NCBI GenBank assembly: GCA_002633005.1
Contig: NMRA01000231.1
Span: forward strand, 376,082-440,081
Source: Phoronis australis
Taxonomy: Eukaryota > Animalia > Phoronida
Length of the DNA stretch: 64,000 bases
Direction of reading: 5' to 3'
Of this stretch, positions 13,050 through 25,799 are shown one piece after another. The notes beneath the pieces are model-generated. The model was not told the origin of the DNA. It did not search any database and saw only the letters and a list, made by a program, of their open reading frames with translations. Each line of letters starts with the position of its first letter. Position 1 is the stretch's first letter. A program made the translations under genes and the position numbers.

Positions 13050-13597
13050 CGTTTTCCCGTTCAGTGACTTTACCAGACGTAGAGGGTGGTGAGCGTGGGA
13101 TAACATTTAGATTCTTTATCAACTGACAAGCACTGTCTTTTGTCTGGTATGACAACACGCAGGCCAATTATCTACCAGCTTACAACAGACCACGTGTGAA
13201 CACAGTGAAACCCAGAGCAAAATTGGTGCGTTCTGAAAGAATAGATTGTCGTAACTTCGGATGTAGTTGGTCGATTTTGGCAATTGAAAAACTAAACATG
13301 ATGACCATTTGACAAGAATTTCAGAAATGCTATTGGTTTATGTTCAAATATGTTATAACTTAAATAAAAACTTTTATTTTTAACAACACAGCCAAGTCAG
13401 GTTAGATACGATCTTATTGGAGACTAGAGCAATCATCGAGCAAATGAGAGCTGGCCCTCCAACCATAAATGCCAGAATGGAGTTAATCTGTCGTGTAAGA
13501 TATTGGCAACAGGGGTCATCTTCCTAATTTGTTCCTGGGCAATAGAATTGAACAAGTTGGGAGCAACGGGAAAGCGCCATAATGTCATTAAGTTGCA
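13050..13597 (-). pseudogene. LRR fragment sitting inside element A copy 1; part also present at 63125-63311
   Basis: Absent from A copy 2. Translates to DIMALSRCSQLVQFY, LDDCSSLQ and YLSYNIFEHKPIAFLKFLSN. 13175-13362 aligns by eye with 63125-63311. Confidence 0.6.
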
Positions 13598-13653
13598 TTA
13601 ACTTTTAGACCATTGGTCTAGTAAAACTAATTTTAACTCCAGTTTAGACCTGG

Positions 13654-13739
13654 NNNNNNNNNNNNNNNNNNNNNNNNNNNNNNNNNNNNNNNNNNNNNNN
13701 NNNNNNNNNNNNNNNNNNNNNNNNNNNNNNNNNNNNNNN
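13654..13739. other. Assembly gap (86 N)
   Basis: Run of N. Confidence 1.
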
Positions 13740-13843
13740 GGGGTCGGCCAAGAATTTTTTAAAATGGGAACCAAGTCAACAATTTGAAAATTATACATTT
13801 GATATCACTAAAATCAAGGGAAAAAGGTGAACAGGACCCTTGA

Positions 13844-14258
13844 GCCAGGTTGCGTGAAACTGTCCCAAATAGAGACTCAACTTAGTTCCCTCATTCTACT
13901 GCGTATTTGTGGGCTTGGGAAAACACCAACTGTGCTGCTGTTTTAGTTTTAAGTCAGCTTTAGGTTTTGATAGAAATCAAGATTGACGTGGACGTTGAAT
14001 TCTCAATATTATAGAAAGTGTATAGGATCTTTTCATGCAAGGCTCCCAACTTGAAGGCTAAGGTCCTATTTATCTTTATTCAATCCAGGGCTTACTTATA
14101 CTGCTAGAAAATATCATCAGTCAAGGACTGAGGAGCTCATAAAAATATGAATTGAAAGAAGGAGGTCACACCTGTGGGTAAACAAAGACATAAATGAGCA
14201 AAAAGACTTAGGAAGCTTAATTGAGTCCTTGTTTGGGACAGTTTCATGCAACCCGGCA
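13844..14258. mobile_element. MITE with about 40-bp TIRs (Harbinger-like), nested in element A copy 1
   Basis: gccaggttgcgtgaaactgtcccaaatagagactcaactta vs reverse complement gccgggttgcatgaaactgtcccaaacaaggactcaatta. Absent at the homologous site near 22795. Confidence 0.8.
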
Positions 14259-15149
14259 CTTGACCCTTTTGGACCCGCCTACATATACATGTACATGTAC
14301 GTGTAGACTAGTACGTGCTGTAGGGTGTCCTTTGGATTCCTCAGATTACGAATGGTCGAGCAGGGCGTCATCGCCAATAGCATCTTCTGGCTCTTCTGAG
14401 TGAGTTCCACCTCCTCTGGTCCCGGATTTAATGTTGGCGTGAAGGGGTGTTGCCTCTCTTTGGCAGCAAAAATATACAATAAAATCACGCAGCTAATCGT
14501 GAACATGTGCTTCAATGTGTGTACGTGTGTTGGCCACAAATATTACATTTTCCTTACGAGTAAAGCTTTTAGACCTTCTCGCAAATGTCTGCACTCATTC
14601 TACTAGTGTTCCATTCTATACCCACGTGATAATTGTTTAATTGAAGCACTTCAATAATTTTTTCTTTGAAATAATCCGGATCAACACAGTAAGGTAGCTT
14701 GGATACTTCAACCTGGTTTTTCTAAAGCAGTTGATTGGTCTAACAAAACCAGGCTCTCACGTTGGTGAAATGCACGTTAGGTCTTAAATAAGATCAGGTT
14801 TAGGAAAACAAGGTTTAAGTCCTAAACCTGGTTTTATTAAACCACCTTCATGAAATCGGCTGAAGATGTGCAGTATTGTTTTGGGCGAAAACTGACCAAA
14901 GCTGGTGGTGACTGTGTTTTTTTTTTGAAATTTCCGCTTCTCTTCGTAGAGCCTCATTTTTGTACATGCTCATGACGTATTGTGCTTTCTGTAAGAAGAT
15001 AAAAGTGCTCTTAACTTTTTGATACACGATACTTGGGATTACCGGACGCATCAGGGGACACTGTATAGAGGCGAGCGCACAAACCTGTCGACAGCATGTG
15101 CCCAAGAATAAGTGGGGAAGATAATGTACATGTATAGGGGTTTTAAGAG

Positions 15150-16470
15150 CATGTTTACGAGTGGACCAGGCAGACGGTGATAAACGCTATGTTATATTTA
15201 TATTTTGTCTGTGTGATGACACTGGCCCCACTGACTCCAGACTACCTTTATTTTTTAAAATGACTACATTTGGTTTCCATGAATGTTTCAGGCAAATGTT
15301 GAGCTTGGCTGCAGTTGAGTTTTGGTAAAATTTCAATATGAACGTTACACAATGGAAGTAACGTTGAAATATTGAACTTGTGTTACTGATCAGGTGTAAC
15401 CTTCAATTACTTTATTCATGCAAATTTGAAAGATTTGTCTGTTTTTAGAGCCGCATATTATGAGTACGTTTAGTGAATTTTGAAACGGTCAAAATTTTCG
15501 AGATTCGTATCCCGATATATCAGCTGGCACAAGTTTCAGAACAATTTAGTACCAACCAATGTGTTGAGCTACCTTAGATATACAACAAAATACAAAAAAT
15601 CTTCTGGCGCTAACGGATTTTATGTCATTTGAAGTCGAAAGCGACTGGTGTTTACGCCATTTCACCACAATGAGTAATACTGACAAATGTAAACAAAAAG
15701 TAAACAATCGCTATAAGTTGGCCCGCTAACTGCGAATCAAGTTATCACTTATCAAGAATCGTATTTTCTAGGCCCCAAGAAGACCCAACTTTATTTCCTA
15801 AAAGTGCTTGTAGTCATGGAAGTAGGACACATGCACTTAATAGACAAAAACAGTAGTCTTGGCAAGACTCCTTTTGCGAGGATCGAATTTCAAATCTCAC
15901 TGGATTTGTGAAGTTGTCATTCTTATTCCCAGGGCTAAAACAACAAAACGCTGCCGATAAGCCACTTTCATGACATTTTCCTTAAAAAATCGTGATTTAC
16001 CCTCCCCTCATGCGGCTTTTAAAATCTTACGGTGTTGTATGAACTACATCATTTATTTTTGGTTTTGTTGGTTGTTAACAAAGTTGCTTACTGCGAGTTG
16101 GCTTTGGAGTGTGTCTGAACAAACGTTATTTTTGTGGAATCTTCAAATGGTTTTGACGCAGGGTGTTGGAAGCGGAGGACAGTGTGAGGGTGATTCAATG
16201 ACAATTACAGGGAAAGGCAAAACCTCTGGTGACCAGATTTCCGTGGACGTTATATAGCCGCCAGTGTCCCAATGACTTCATCTTTTGGAGAAGTATGGTT
16301 GGCTTGTATTATAATATCGATATCTGTATACAGTTTGTTCTGACTGACACAGTCGAGTGAAAAGTGGGAGACTTTGAAGTAGCAGTGGGGGCTTACCACG
16401 TGGAACAGGATGCCAGTGAGAAGATGCTTCATTTGCGCAGTGGGAGGCACAGAGGAACATAGCTGACTAA
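15150..16470 (+). pseudogene. Compact TLR-like remnant, copy 1
   Basis: Homologous to 24440-25775, where the LRR- and TIR-like motifs are clearer. Confidence 0.35.
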
Positions 16471-16609
16471 GTGTGTATGACTAGATGTGAGAACTTTTAA
16501 TAAGTGAAATTACTGTCCAGTCCTCAAGAGAGCAATGGTATCCTGTTCCATGTGATCAGCCGTTACTTGACTACCGGAATGCTCCCTGTCAACACTCAAC
16601 GCCACGCCT

Positions 16610-17030
16610 TTTAGTTAAGTGCGAATGAGTGTAATATGTATTTGAAAGGCAAAAACTAAAACACCAGCATCTTTTATTAAACTGGACAGCGACTAAATAT
16701 CCTGATTTTACTGACAAAATCAAAACAAGTGTTGCTATATTACATTTTGCATTTGCCTCATATTATATAATATCACATCAATAACAATTGGTTAAATCAC
16801 TGAGGCAACTGAAAAATTGCACAATGTTTGAGTGAAGATGAAATCAGGAGTACTCCTGGACATCACTGATTGTCAACTTCCCCATCTCCCAAATTTGATT
16901 ATTTTCGGTTCAAGGCAGCCAAACGTGAAAAGAAATATTTATCCCTTCTTCATCGGCTGTGCAGTTCTTGTAGGGTCTGCTTTGCTGTTCTACTTCCTGA
17001 AAAAAGACAGGGATTTTGTAACACTCTCAG
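16610..17030 (+). pseudogene. LRR + transmembrane fragment, copy 1
   Basis: ORF 16832-17101: VLLDITDCQLPHLPNL (LRR), then FFIGCAVLVGSALLFYFLKKDR (TM plus basic stop-transfer). Confidence 0.55.
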
Positions 17031-17079
17031 AGAGAATTATATACTTTTGTCAGAAAATAACAAAGCCCACCCACTACAA

Positions 17080-18330
17080 AGGTGTGACTGCCTCTGAGTG
17101 ATCCATTGATTTTAGCTGAGATAGTTCATTTGACCCATGGCGTGTGTTATGTAAAACGACCCTAAGTACAGTAAATCCAACCCAAAAACACTGTGGGTAC
17201 TTGATTTGTTTTTGTCAGTTTTACCGGATTGCTATAGACATATCATATCCAGATCCTACAATGTAAATGTTGACATAATGGGACTTCCAACATAATTCAC
17301 TGACAGCCATGTGAAAAGAAATTGTGGCATGCATGTTGTCAGTTAAAATTGAAATGTAGAATGCTATGAGTTCAGTATTCATCACCGTATGCATATGAAA
17401 AACATTTCCTGTAACATGGGCGGCACAGCACTGAAAAAAGTGGGCGGACTAAAGCCCCCTCAGGCCCCCGTGGTTCATCGCCTATACAGATGTATACCAT
17501 GTGCGGCGTACCACTCAAAAAGCCCCCTATGGTGCGCCACCCATGTGTAATGGACTAAAAAGAAGATGCAAACAATAATGGTTATTCAAAAGTCAAAGTC
17601 AATCAGATATCGCATTTTCTGCTTGCAACACGTAGCCACTAGATGCGCATAATCTCGGACGCTACTAGTAAGTGTATTGGATAGCTCTATGCTAGCCTAG
17701 AATCCAACAACGGCGACAGGGTAGGTATACCATTTGACTTAAGAACTCAAGACTGTTCATTAGGGGCTTACAGTGATGTTGGCATATTTAATTTAACCAG
17801 TGGGTATAATAAAAAGCTCCGTATCTATACTGTTTAAAAACAAGTGCTGTAGTTACATTTTTAAGTTACATTGATGATCACTCAGTTTGTGAATTTCCTG
17901 AAAGGAGAACCAGTTACTTCCACTATAGGGTATTAGAATAGTAACTGTTGATTTTAGTGGTACTAAATGGTTCTCAAATCAGGTATCTATAAAACTGACT
18001 ACAGTTGTATTACCGCCAAAATGCTACCATCATGTTATAACTTCAAATTCAAACAAACTACAAAGTAATAGGCTACTCACCAGATCCTAGGAAAGAACAC
18101 ACGCATTGTTGTGTTCCAGTGGCAGTAAGTCGACTTCAGACATTTCAAACAGCATCCCACTTCAAGCTTGGCACCCAAGCTTCTACTGATGAAAACGGTA
18201 TTTGCACAGTCTACTTGGTTTCCACGGAATTCCGAGGCGAGCCCATTGTCTTGCCCTTGCCTTGGACACAGTTACACACAAGTCTGGTGAACATGTATTT
18301 AAATTGTCCAACTCTCTTCAAAATCAATTG
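17080..18330 (-). pseudogene. LRRNT + LRR ectodomain remnant, copy 1
   Basis: TCSPDLC.NC...NQVDCANT (LRRNT), EVDLLPLEHNN, GSPFRKFTN and NELSQLKSMD. Confidence 0.5.
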
Positions 18331-18379
18331 ATATTTACTTTGTAGGTGTGGTGACCCGTACTAACTTAATGCTGCACCA

Positions 18380-18850
18380 AGTTGTTCAGAGGATATTCTT
18401 TTGAGGTCCCACACACTTCATCACAACAGTCAACACTGCAAGTCAGGATTGTCAACCATTTTGCCACCACTAGAGTGACACCTGTTGTTGGACACTGGGT
18501 TCCCAAACAACGCGGAATTTTAGTGAAAATGGGAAAAATAACTGAAACAAATGCGCCTTACTTAATGAAGCTAAGCTAAATATAAATAAGAGAACTTTTG
18601 AATCAAAATTATGATCTATAACACCAGATGAAATTGATGTTATAGTGTTCCAAACAGGTATCGGTATTGAAGGTAATTTCCACTTATGTGGATGTCACAA
18701 GCTTACGATTCCTGAAGGGAAATACTCTCCGCCAGACGATTTCATTGTACCAATCAACTTCACTAAGACAGAAACGCCTTGTGTAAAGTCTGGCGTTGAT
18801 CAGTGCCGTGCGAGCTGAGATTTACGGGCTCAAAATGTGGGGAAATTGCA
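18380..18850 (+). pseudogene. LRR/LRRCT fragment
   Basis: IRELLNQN. IEGNFHLCGC at 18666-18695 (LxGNxxxCxC). TSLRQKRL. Confidence 0.5.
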
Positions 18851-18959
18851 ATGGTTTGTTAACCTCCAAACCCCCTATACTTTAAGCCTGATATATTGAA
18901 CTTAGCGGCAGAGTTATGAGTATTGCTTAACATCTTGATGAAGTCAAAGACTTGTTATA

Positions 18960-19260
18960 TTAAAAAATCACAAACAAATAATTATCTTGTGCACCGGCGA
19001 ATTTTTTTACTATACATTGCATACACGCCACAACTGCATGGTTTACTATCAAAGTAGAGACTGCCTGATTTCTCCATCTTAAACATGTTAAAGTGAGATT
19101 GGACTTCACTGTTTTTTTTTTGTCATCCCGAAGGTTATTAAAATGCATAGTATGGTTCAAATCCGTGACATTGGGGTTATCACTCCTCTCTTGGGCATTT
19201 TTGCCTGCTGTGAACCGTACTTCACTCTTAAAGTGCAGACACTAGACGGGCTCTATTCAA
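18960..19260 (-). pseudogene. LRRNT/LRR fragment
   Basis: PSSVCT...KMPK, then PNVTDLNHTMHFNNLRD...LTCLRWRNQAVSTL. Confidence 0.4.
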
Positions 19261-19324
19261 ATGCCACCCCTCGGAATGACTAAAACTTCATGGAATGCTG
19301 ATTTGCATGAAATATAACACTTAC

Positions 19325-19456
19325 AAAATGGCTCTCCGTTTATATACCAAACAAGATATGGCTTCGGTGGCCTGTTTTTTGCTTGTGCTGTAAACACGGC
19401 ATCTTTCCCAACAGCTACGGAGACGTTATCTGGTGCAGTTGAAAATTCCGGCTTGT
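19325..19456 (-). CDS. Exon: N-terminal half of an I-set Ig domain (neuroglian/L1 Ig4-like), first Cys replaced by Ala
   Basis: Acceptor ttttcgtag, donor gtaagt, phase 1-1, 132 nt open: (Y)KPEFSTAPDNVSVAVGKDAVFTAQAKNRPPKPYLVWYINGEPF. Splices in frame from exon 21135-21340. Confidence 0.8.
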
Positions 19457-19499
19457 CTACGAAAACAAATATAGAGTTCGTAAGTAAAATAGTACCACG

Positions 19500-19900
19500 G
19501 TGCGAATATCCTTAATGTTTTTTCCACTGTAGCTTGACCTCGAAATTCCATTCCATGTTCTGCACTTTATTAGCTGGCCAAGCTCGAGGACCTTTTAGAT
19601 TGTAAATTTTCTTGACTGCCGAAAGCGAAGAGTTTTAATGAGACAGGTTGTATAAAAGGAAATTCGTCTACGGTTCCTAATACATGTAGTCGTGAAACAC
19701 AACCAATCTTCGAACAAAGCATTATAACTGCAACTGAACGAAGAATCGACCCAGTCCAGGCTGCTCTAAGACGCGGTTTAGTATTTCGTTTCCAAGTATA
19801 GTAGAGTTATCTTCTTGGTATGGAGAGATTTGCAGTTTTGCGGTTACGTGCATGACCCTGACCTCCAGGTCTCTCTCTAAAAGGTCTAATTAACACTATT
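19500..19900 (-). pseudogene. LRR fragment
   Basis: KKITLLYLE, LIKTLRF and NLK/VLELG (across a frameshift). Confidence 0.35.
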
Positions 19901-20279
19901 ACGAAATGAGTTATGATGTCATTTCCACTTCTTTACGGTAGGCGGGTGACGTCCCTTCCAGTTGCACTCAGCATATTTGACCATTGACCTTTCACCTTTA
20001 GTGTATGACCGTCGACAGAGGTCCTACTTAAACATGGCACCTAAACAACTGACTACACTATTGGTAATGCATTCATGCAAAAGGCCAAAGGTTTCGATTT
20101 AAAAATGAATATGTGTTTACGCAAGTACGAATGCATGCACGCTTGCACACAAATGTACAATACAACTAAAGGTTTAATTATTCCGAAATGGTATCGAAAC
20201 TTCAGATAGCTGTCTATATTTGAAACTGAGAACACATGGCCACCACTTGCGTCCGTCATACTCACTCAACTTACACCGA

Positions 20280-20700
20280 ATTGTCTGACAAAAAATGTTA
20301 GAAGATACAAAATATTCTAGTTATGATCCGGAAACATTCCACGAAATCGTCTTTTCAACTTAAACGGCAACTCTTTACAATTCACAGAAAATTAACGATA
20401 CAAAGATTCAAATGTTCTGCGCTAAATGAAATTTCTCAGCGGGTATAAAGATAAGACAACAGTTGTTGCGTGCATTGAAAGGAGTTTGTGCATTTTTCTT
20501 TGTCAATGTAATAATTAGGAGAGAGCTGTTAAACAAGGAGCTGATTTTTAAGTAGTTCAATGCAACTCAATTGCAAAGCAGCCTACAAATAAACACATGC
20601 AATCCGTGGGTGACTAATCAGTTCAATGTACATCGGACGTTGTTAGACTGTTTGGGAATAGGCCTATACATTTGTACATGCGATCTATTGATGAATCTAG
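20280..20700 (+). pseudogene. LRR/LRRCT fragment
   Basis: DPETFHEI, FNLNGNSLQ and SLQINTCNPW. Confidence 0.45.
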
Positions 20701-21134
20701 TGGCTCATTCGATTTTCAAATATGGCGTCATTTTGACGATGACTGACCCGTTCAAATAAAACTAAACCGTCAATAATTATTGGGCCATATTTACGTAGCA
20801 CCTTCAATTGATAGGCACGATTACTCCGTGGCTTTGGACCAAGTCAATCTCAATCCTTCAGAAGACCGCAGGGGCAATACATGACGTTGACGCCGACCAA
20901 CGCTTAACCCAAAACACATGGTCGTCATCCAATTGCTAAAAGGCACACTGGTTGCGTGAATGGCAAAATCCAGGACTTGGGATTTTTTCCGAATTTGATG
21001 TGATTATTCATTTTTATTGCTATTTCATGGTTCAAATCGCCGCCATAATAGTAACTTAGTCATCATCACTGAACGCCCTTAATGTTCCAAATACATTTTA
21101 TTTCTTTACAAATATATACGAGCATGATACTCAC

Positions 21135-21340
21135 AGACAATGAGGATTGTGAATTCAGCACACGCTTGTTGAACATCTTTGAGGAAAGCACAGCACTTAT
21201 ATTTTCCGTTGTGCTCAGTCCCAGCTTTATTGAACATCACATAATTTCCCGTCCTTTTATTCTTGTACATGAAATAGTCTTCGTCGGGTTTCACGTTTGT
21301 ATTTGGAAATGTCCATTTGTAATCGAAGTCTGGAGGCGCT
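21135..21340 (-). CDS. Exon: C-terminal part of an Ig domain (Ig3-like)
   Basis: Acceptor tttttcag, donor gtgagt, phase 2-1, 206 nt open: APPDFDYKWTF...VMFNKAGTEHNGKYKCCAFLKDVQQACAEFTILIV, with the C-strand W and the G.Y.C motif. Confidence 0.85.
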
Positions 21341-21488
21341 CTGAAAAATTGAGTAAGGCTGAGAATCCTAATCGTTCTGTAACTACGTGTAACTTGTGGT
21401 AACTTCAAAAGTAAACGGTAATGCAAACTCAAGCAACCGATTTGATAAAGGTGGTTTAAAGTTGAACCTGATTTAACTTGGACTGAGA

Positions 21489-24165
21489 CCAGGACTCAGT
21501 CTCCAACCTCAGTACTCAGAATCGACTCAGACTCAAACTCACACTTCACATTTAACTCTACTACAGTCTCAGCTTTGATGTTTTGAATGTCATACTAAAA
21601 AATCTGTACTCAAAATTTCGAGGACGTACATTTGTACTGATTTTGTGAGTATACTCGAAGTGAAGTAAATTTCATATATATTTCAAGTACGATTTTGACG
21701 AAAATTCCGAGTATATGCTGCCAATGTCGTTTGAGAGTGTGCTTGAAATGGTATACGAAACAAAATACGGAGGGTGTGAGACACAAACAAATTATTACAC
21801 GAGCGAAAGAAGAAAATGTCGAAAGACCCCTGAGAGACACAGTAAGTCAATGAAAATGTTAAGTGTTTATAACATAGTTCAGCGCTTCAGTTTCAGTCCA
21901 GAGACAACAGTTTTCACTTTAAATCTTCTTCATCTTAACCCGCCGCATTACCGCACTTCATTGCCGCGAATTCATAAACTCCTTACTCCACGATTCCTGG
22001 CAACTGACGCTTTCAAACCCCTTGTCGACTAGTCATTACAAGTATAAGATGCAGCATTGGCGAAAGCCGTGTGTGAAGTTTTGGCTGCTACGATTGCAGT
22101 TAGGTGTACAACGTCTGTACGGTTTCCCAAAGTCAAGGAGGCGGGGAAAGTTAAACCACACTTTTTCCCATTTCATATCAAAGTTTTAGTCATCGATAAT
22201 TCCTCAATCCCCGAATGGTAGTCCTTTTCCAGATATTGTTTGACGATTTCTCAGGAGACGTCTCGCCCTGTTCCCTGATGAACACTGAGTGCCCGTACAC
22301 GTACAGTCGATTTAAAGTCAACCTGGTTTAAACTCGAATTAGACCAGCTTAAAGATAATCAGCATTTCATAAACACGGCTTGACTTTTAGACCAGTGGTT
22401 CAGTGAAATCTGGTTGAACTCCAGTTTAGACATGGTCTAAGTCAGTTTTCATTACACCAACGAGGTCTTTATTATTTATTAATATCCTAAACCAGGTTTA
22501 ACTTTAGACTTGGTAAAACCCAGGTTTAACTGTTACATATTACAGACTTACATGATATAGGTGCAACTGAATGATGCCGTAGTGTGCATCTAAGACGCAA
22601 TTTTAGCACGAAAGATAACCATTTTCTATATTTAGTTTCACGACGACACAAGATCAAACATAGTAGCATGGGCGGATTCATAATTTTAAGAGATGTAATC
22701 CGGTGAAGGTCTTTTTGAAAGGGGGTACGAAGTCAACAATTTGAAAATTATAAACTTGATATCACTTAAATCAATGGAAAAGGGTGTCCGGACCCCCTGG
22801 CCCCCTTGGAACCGCCTATGCGTAGACCAGTACGTGCTCGATGGTGTCCTGCGGATTTCTTAGAATACGACTGGTCGAGGAGGGCGACATCGTAGTAAGC
22901 GATATGGGTTTGACTGAAGACAATATCTTCTGATTTTGCTAAGTTCCATCTCCATTGGTCTCTGATTTAATATTGCCACGAAGGCGTCATCCCCCTATAA
23001 ACACTAAAATGGCACGGAAATAAATTTGGACATTAATCATGTTGCGGCTAATCGTGAGCATGTACTGTAATGTCAGTACTGTACGCGTGCTGGGCATAGA
23101 CAATATATTTTCTCCGATTCTACTAGGGTGCGCCATTGCATACCCACGTGATCAAGGTTTCATTGATGGCTTTCAATATTTTTTGTTGGGTTAAACCAGA
23201 TCGACAGGGCAGGTTGGCTTAGATACTTTAAACCTGCTTTAATAAACCCGTGCCCTGGTCTAACTAAACCAGGCTTTCAGACTTTTAAACCTCGTTGGTG
23301 AAATGCAAGTTACAGTAGGTCTGAAATTAGACCAGGTTTAGGAAGACCAGGCTTGAGTTTTAAACCTGGTTTTGTTAAACCAACGTTATGAAATCGGCTG
23401 GTTGTGTTTTTAAATCACGTACCAAATGTCAAATAACTTAATACATCCCGGTAAAACGCAGATATGATATCAAGTTTTGACATCAGAATAGGCCTACGCA
23501 GGAGCGGGTTCTATATCAAGACTAATAGGCAAAAGCAGTGGCAAATACGTGGATTGACCAGGAACTAAACGTTGACGGTCGAATTGGCTGTGAGCAACCG
23601 ACAAACTAGGGAAAAACGCCACCGCTTCTAATTAAGGTCCAAACTTTTAAAACTCAACATCCCCTCAAAGAAAAAAAAACTTGGTTGCGGGCCTGTGATA
23701 TGGTGCCTGACGCCTGGCGGAGAATGAACCGTTTTACTCCCAGGATAAATCAGCCACTAAGAATGTAGCTGCCCCGGATATGACTTTGATTTGATGACCT
23801 TTTACAAATTTCTTAAGACATATTTGTGAGATAAGGAAAAGAAGAAGTAAGCTTAATTGAAAAATGTATTAAGAAGTCTATATTTTTGGAAGAAGAATTT
23901 CATATGGTAAATAGAAAAAACAATTAATGAATAACAGCTCAGAACACTCATCTTTCCACATTATACTCGACAGCAGACGGCAAGCTAGGGGAGCTGAATC
24001 AGAGCAACTGTGCGTGGTTTTGCAATTCATATCAGTACCATTCTCACATTCTCGAAATGCGACATCTAATACTCTTTTTTGATTACGACTCCAGTGAGCA
24101 CAATTTTGAGCATGGAATCTCTAGTATGAGTATGAGTACACAGATTGAAGACCGTGCCCAGGTTA
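21489..24165. mobile_element. Harbinger-like element 'B' ends enclosing A copy 2; possible Myb/SANT remnant at about 21700-21840
   Basis: Left end ccaggactcagtctccaacctcagtactcaga matches the reverse complement of the end at about 24130-24162 (23/32). It interrupts an A left end at 21433-21490. A(W)NGIRNKI...RKKK is only weakly SANT-like. Confidence 0.45.
22304..23400. mobile_element. Harbinger-like element A, copy 2, containing a small MITE (22667-22820)
   Basis: cagtcgattt...ttatgaaatcggctg. Colinear with 12962-14862. The nested catgggcggat...aaccgcctatg element is shared with copy 1. Confidence 0.65.
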
Positions 24166-24439
24166 AGGGATAATTCGCCTGTCCGTAATTTAGTATAGTC
24201 TGCCTCCCGTTCAGTACAGCTAGGACATCGTTAATATGCAAGATTTTGGGAGATTTCGTGAGATAACGCTGCGCAAGAACACGTGTCATTGACTAGAATT
24301 TCGGTAGGCCCAAGCATTACTAAACGAATGCCTGTTTGAACTCCAGCTAATACATCTACCTGGTCTGCATGTGCGTTTTCATTTCACCAACGTTGCTTTA
24401 AATGCTTAGATCTGTTTTAAAAGCATACATGTATTCACA

Positions 24440-25775
24440 GATGGACCAAGCAGAGCGTTATCAACGTCATGTCACAGATCCGTTCATATTTTCTCTGTCT
24501 GATGACCCTGGCCCCACTGACTCCAAACCAGCTTTATTTTTAAAACGCCCCTTTTGGTTTATATGAATACAGTGTTTCTAGCCAGTTTTATGCCTGGAGG
24601 CAGTTGAGTTTTAACAAAATGTAAAGACCTAACTTAAGCACTCTAAGTAACGTTGAAACACTGCACTCGTGAAACTTACCAGGCGTGCCCTTCGACTACT
24701 TTAACCATTGCAAACTTGACACAGTTCGACAATTCTTTGTCTATTTTTAGAGCCGCGGAAGATGAGCACCCTTTAATGATTTTTGAAACTGTCAAAATTG
24801 AATAAATTCGTCTTCCCATATCTCAGCTGGCGCCAATTTCAAAACAATCTAGTACCAACCAATCTGTTGACCTACTTTACAAGTACAAAGTAAGACAAAA
24901 AATCGTCTGGTGGTAACAAGTTTCATGTCACTTGAAGTCGAAAATGACTGGAGGTTACGCCATTTCACCAACATGAGTAATGCCGACGAACTTCAAAAAA
25001 AGTGAATATTTGTTACCGGGCGGCAATGCAAACTGCGAACCAGTTTCAGCAATTATCAAAAACTTCGCAATTTCTAGGCCCCAAAGGAACTATTTTTACT
25101 TCTGAGAGGTACTTGTAATCATGGACTAAGGATACGTGAACTTACTCAAAAGATGGCAGTAGTTATGGCAAGACTCCCTTTGTGATGGTCGATATCGAAT
25201 GTCGCTTGATTTTACAAATCTGACTTATTCTAATTACCTGGGCAAAAGAAAAAACCAAACAGATCAACCGATAAGCCTTGTTCATACTTTGGTTCAAAAA
25301 TTGTGGTTGCCCCTACCCTCTGGTGACTTTCTTTATCTTACAGTGTCATATGAAGAATATCATATATTCATGGTTTGATCTGTGATTGCCCCATTACGAA
25401 AGAAGTTAATTACTATGATTTAGCTATGGAGTGGGTCTCAACAAACGTTATTTTTTGTGGAATCTGAAAGAGATTTTAACTCTGGGGGTTGGAAGCACAG
25501 AGCAAAGGCAGATTCATTAGCAATCATACGGAAAGCAAAACAATTGGTAGCCAGAGTTCCATGCAGGTGATATACAATGTAGTTGTCAGTGGCCGAATAA
25601 CTCACCCTTTGAAGTGGAATGGCTAGTATTATCATTGCGCTGTCTGTATGGAATGTGTTGTTACTAACACGAAATATTCATGAATCATTGGGGTTTCGCT
25701 ACCTGTTACCGGTGGTAGTTTCCAGGAGATACTTCGTCTGTGCAGCGGAAGGCGCAGAGGAACACAGTTGACTTG
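24440..25775 (+). pseudogene. Compact TLR-like remnant, copy 2
   Basis: YFLCLMTLAPL (signal-like), LSNVETLH..NLPGVPFDYFNH and LVPTNLLTYF. TIR-like EYHIFMV...MEWVSTNVI..ERDFNSGGW...ASIIIAL. Confidence 0.45.
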
Positions 25776-25799
25776 ATTAAGTACGTGTGACTAGTTTTN

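Larger units (their letters stand above)
12962..14862. mobile_element. PIF/Harbinger-like non-autonomous element 'A', copy 1, with nested insertions
   Basis: Left end tagccggtttcgtaaagg, right end tcatgaaatcggctg (consensus TIR about CAGCCGATTTCATAA). Repeated subterminal aaacctggttt/aaaccaggtt motifs. Colinear with 22304-23400. Confidence 0.65.
15135..18300. repeat. Segmental duplication, copy 1 (homologous to 24415-25795 plus 27260-28905)
   Basis: Colinear anchors in the same orientation, e.g. ctggccccactgactcca (15222/24508), tagtaccaaccaat, ggcaagactcc, atttgacccatggcgtgt, cctgaaaggagaaccagt, gtcttgcccttgccttggac. Confidence 0.9.

Noticed and set aside
18960-19210. Second half of the Ig4 domain
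   Set aside because: A phase-compatible acceptor exists, but there is no D.G.Y.C motif or good donor. It reads better as LRR.
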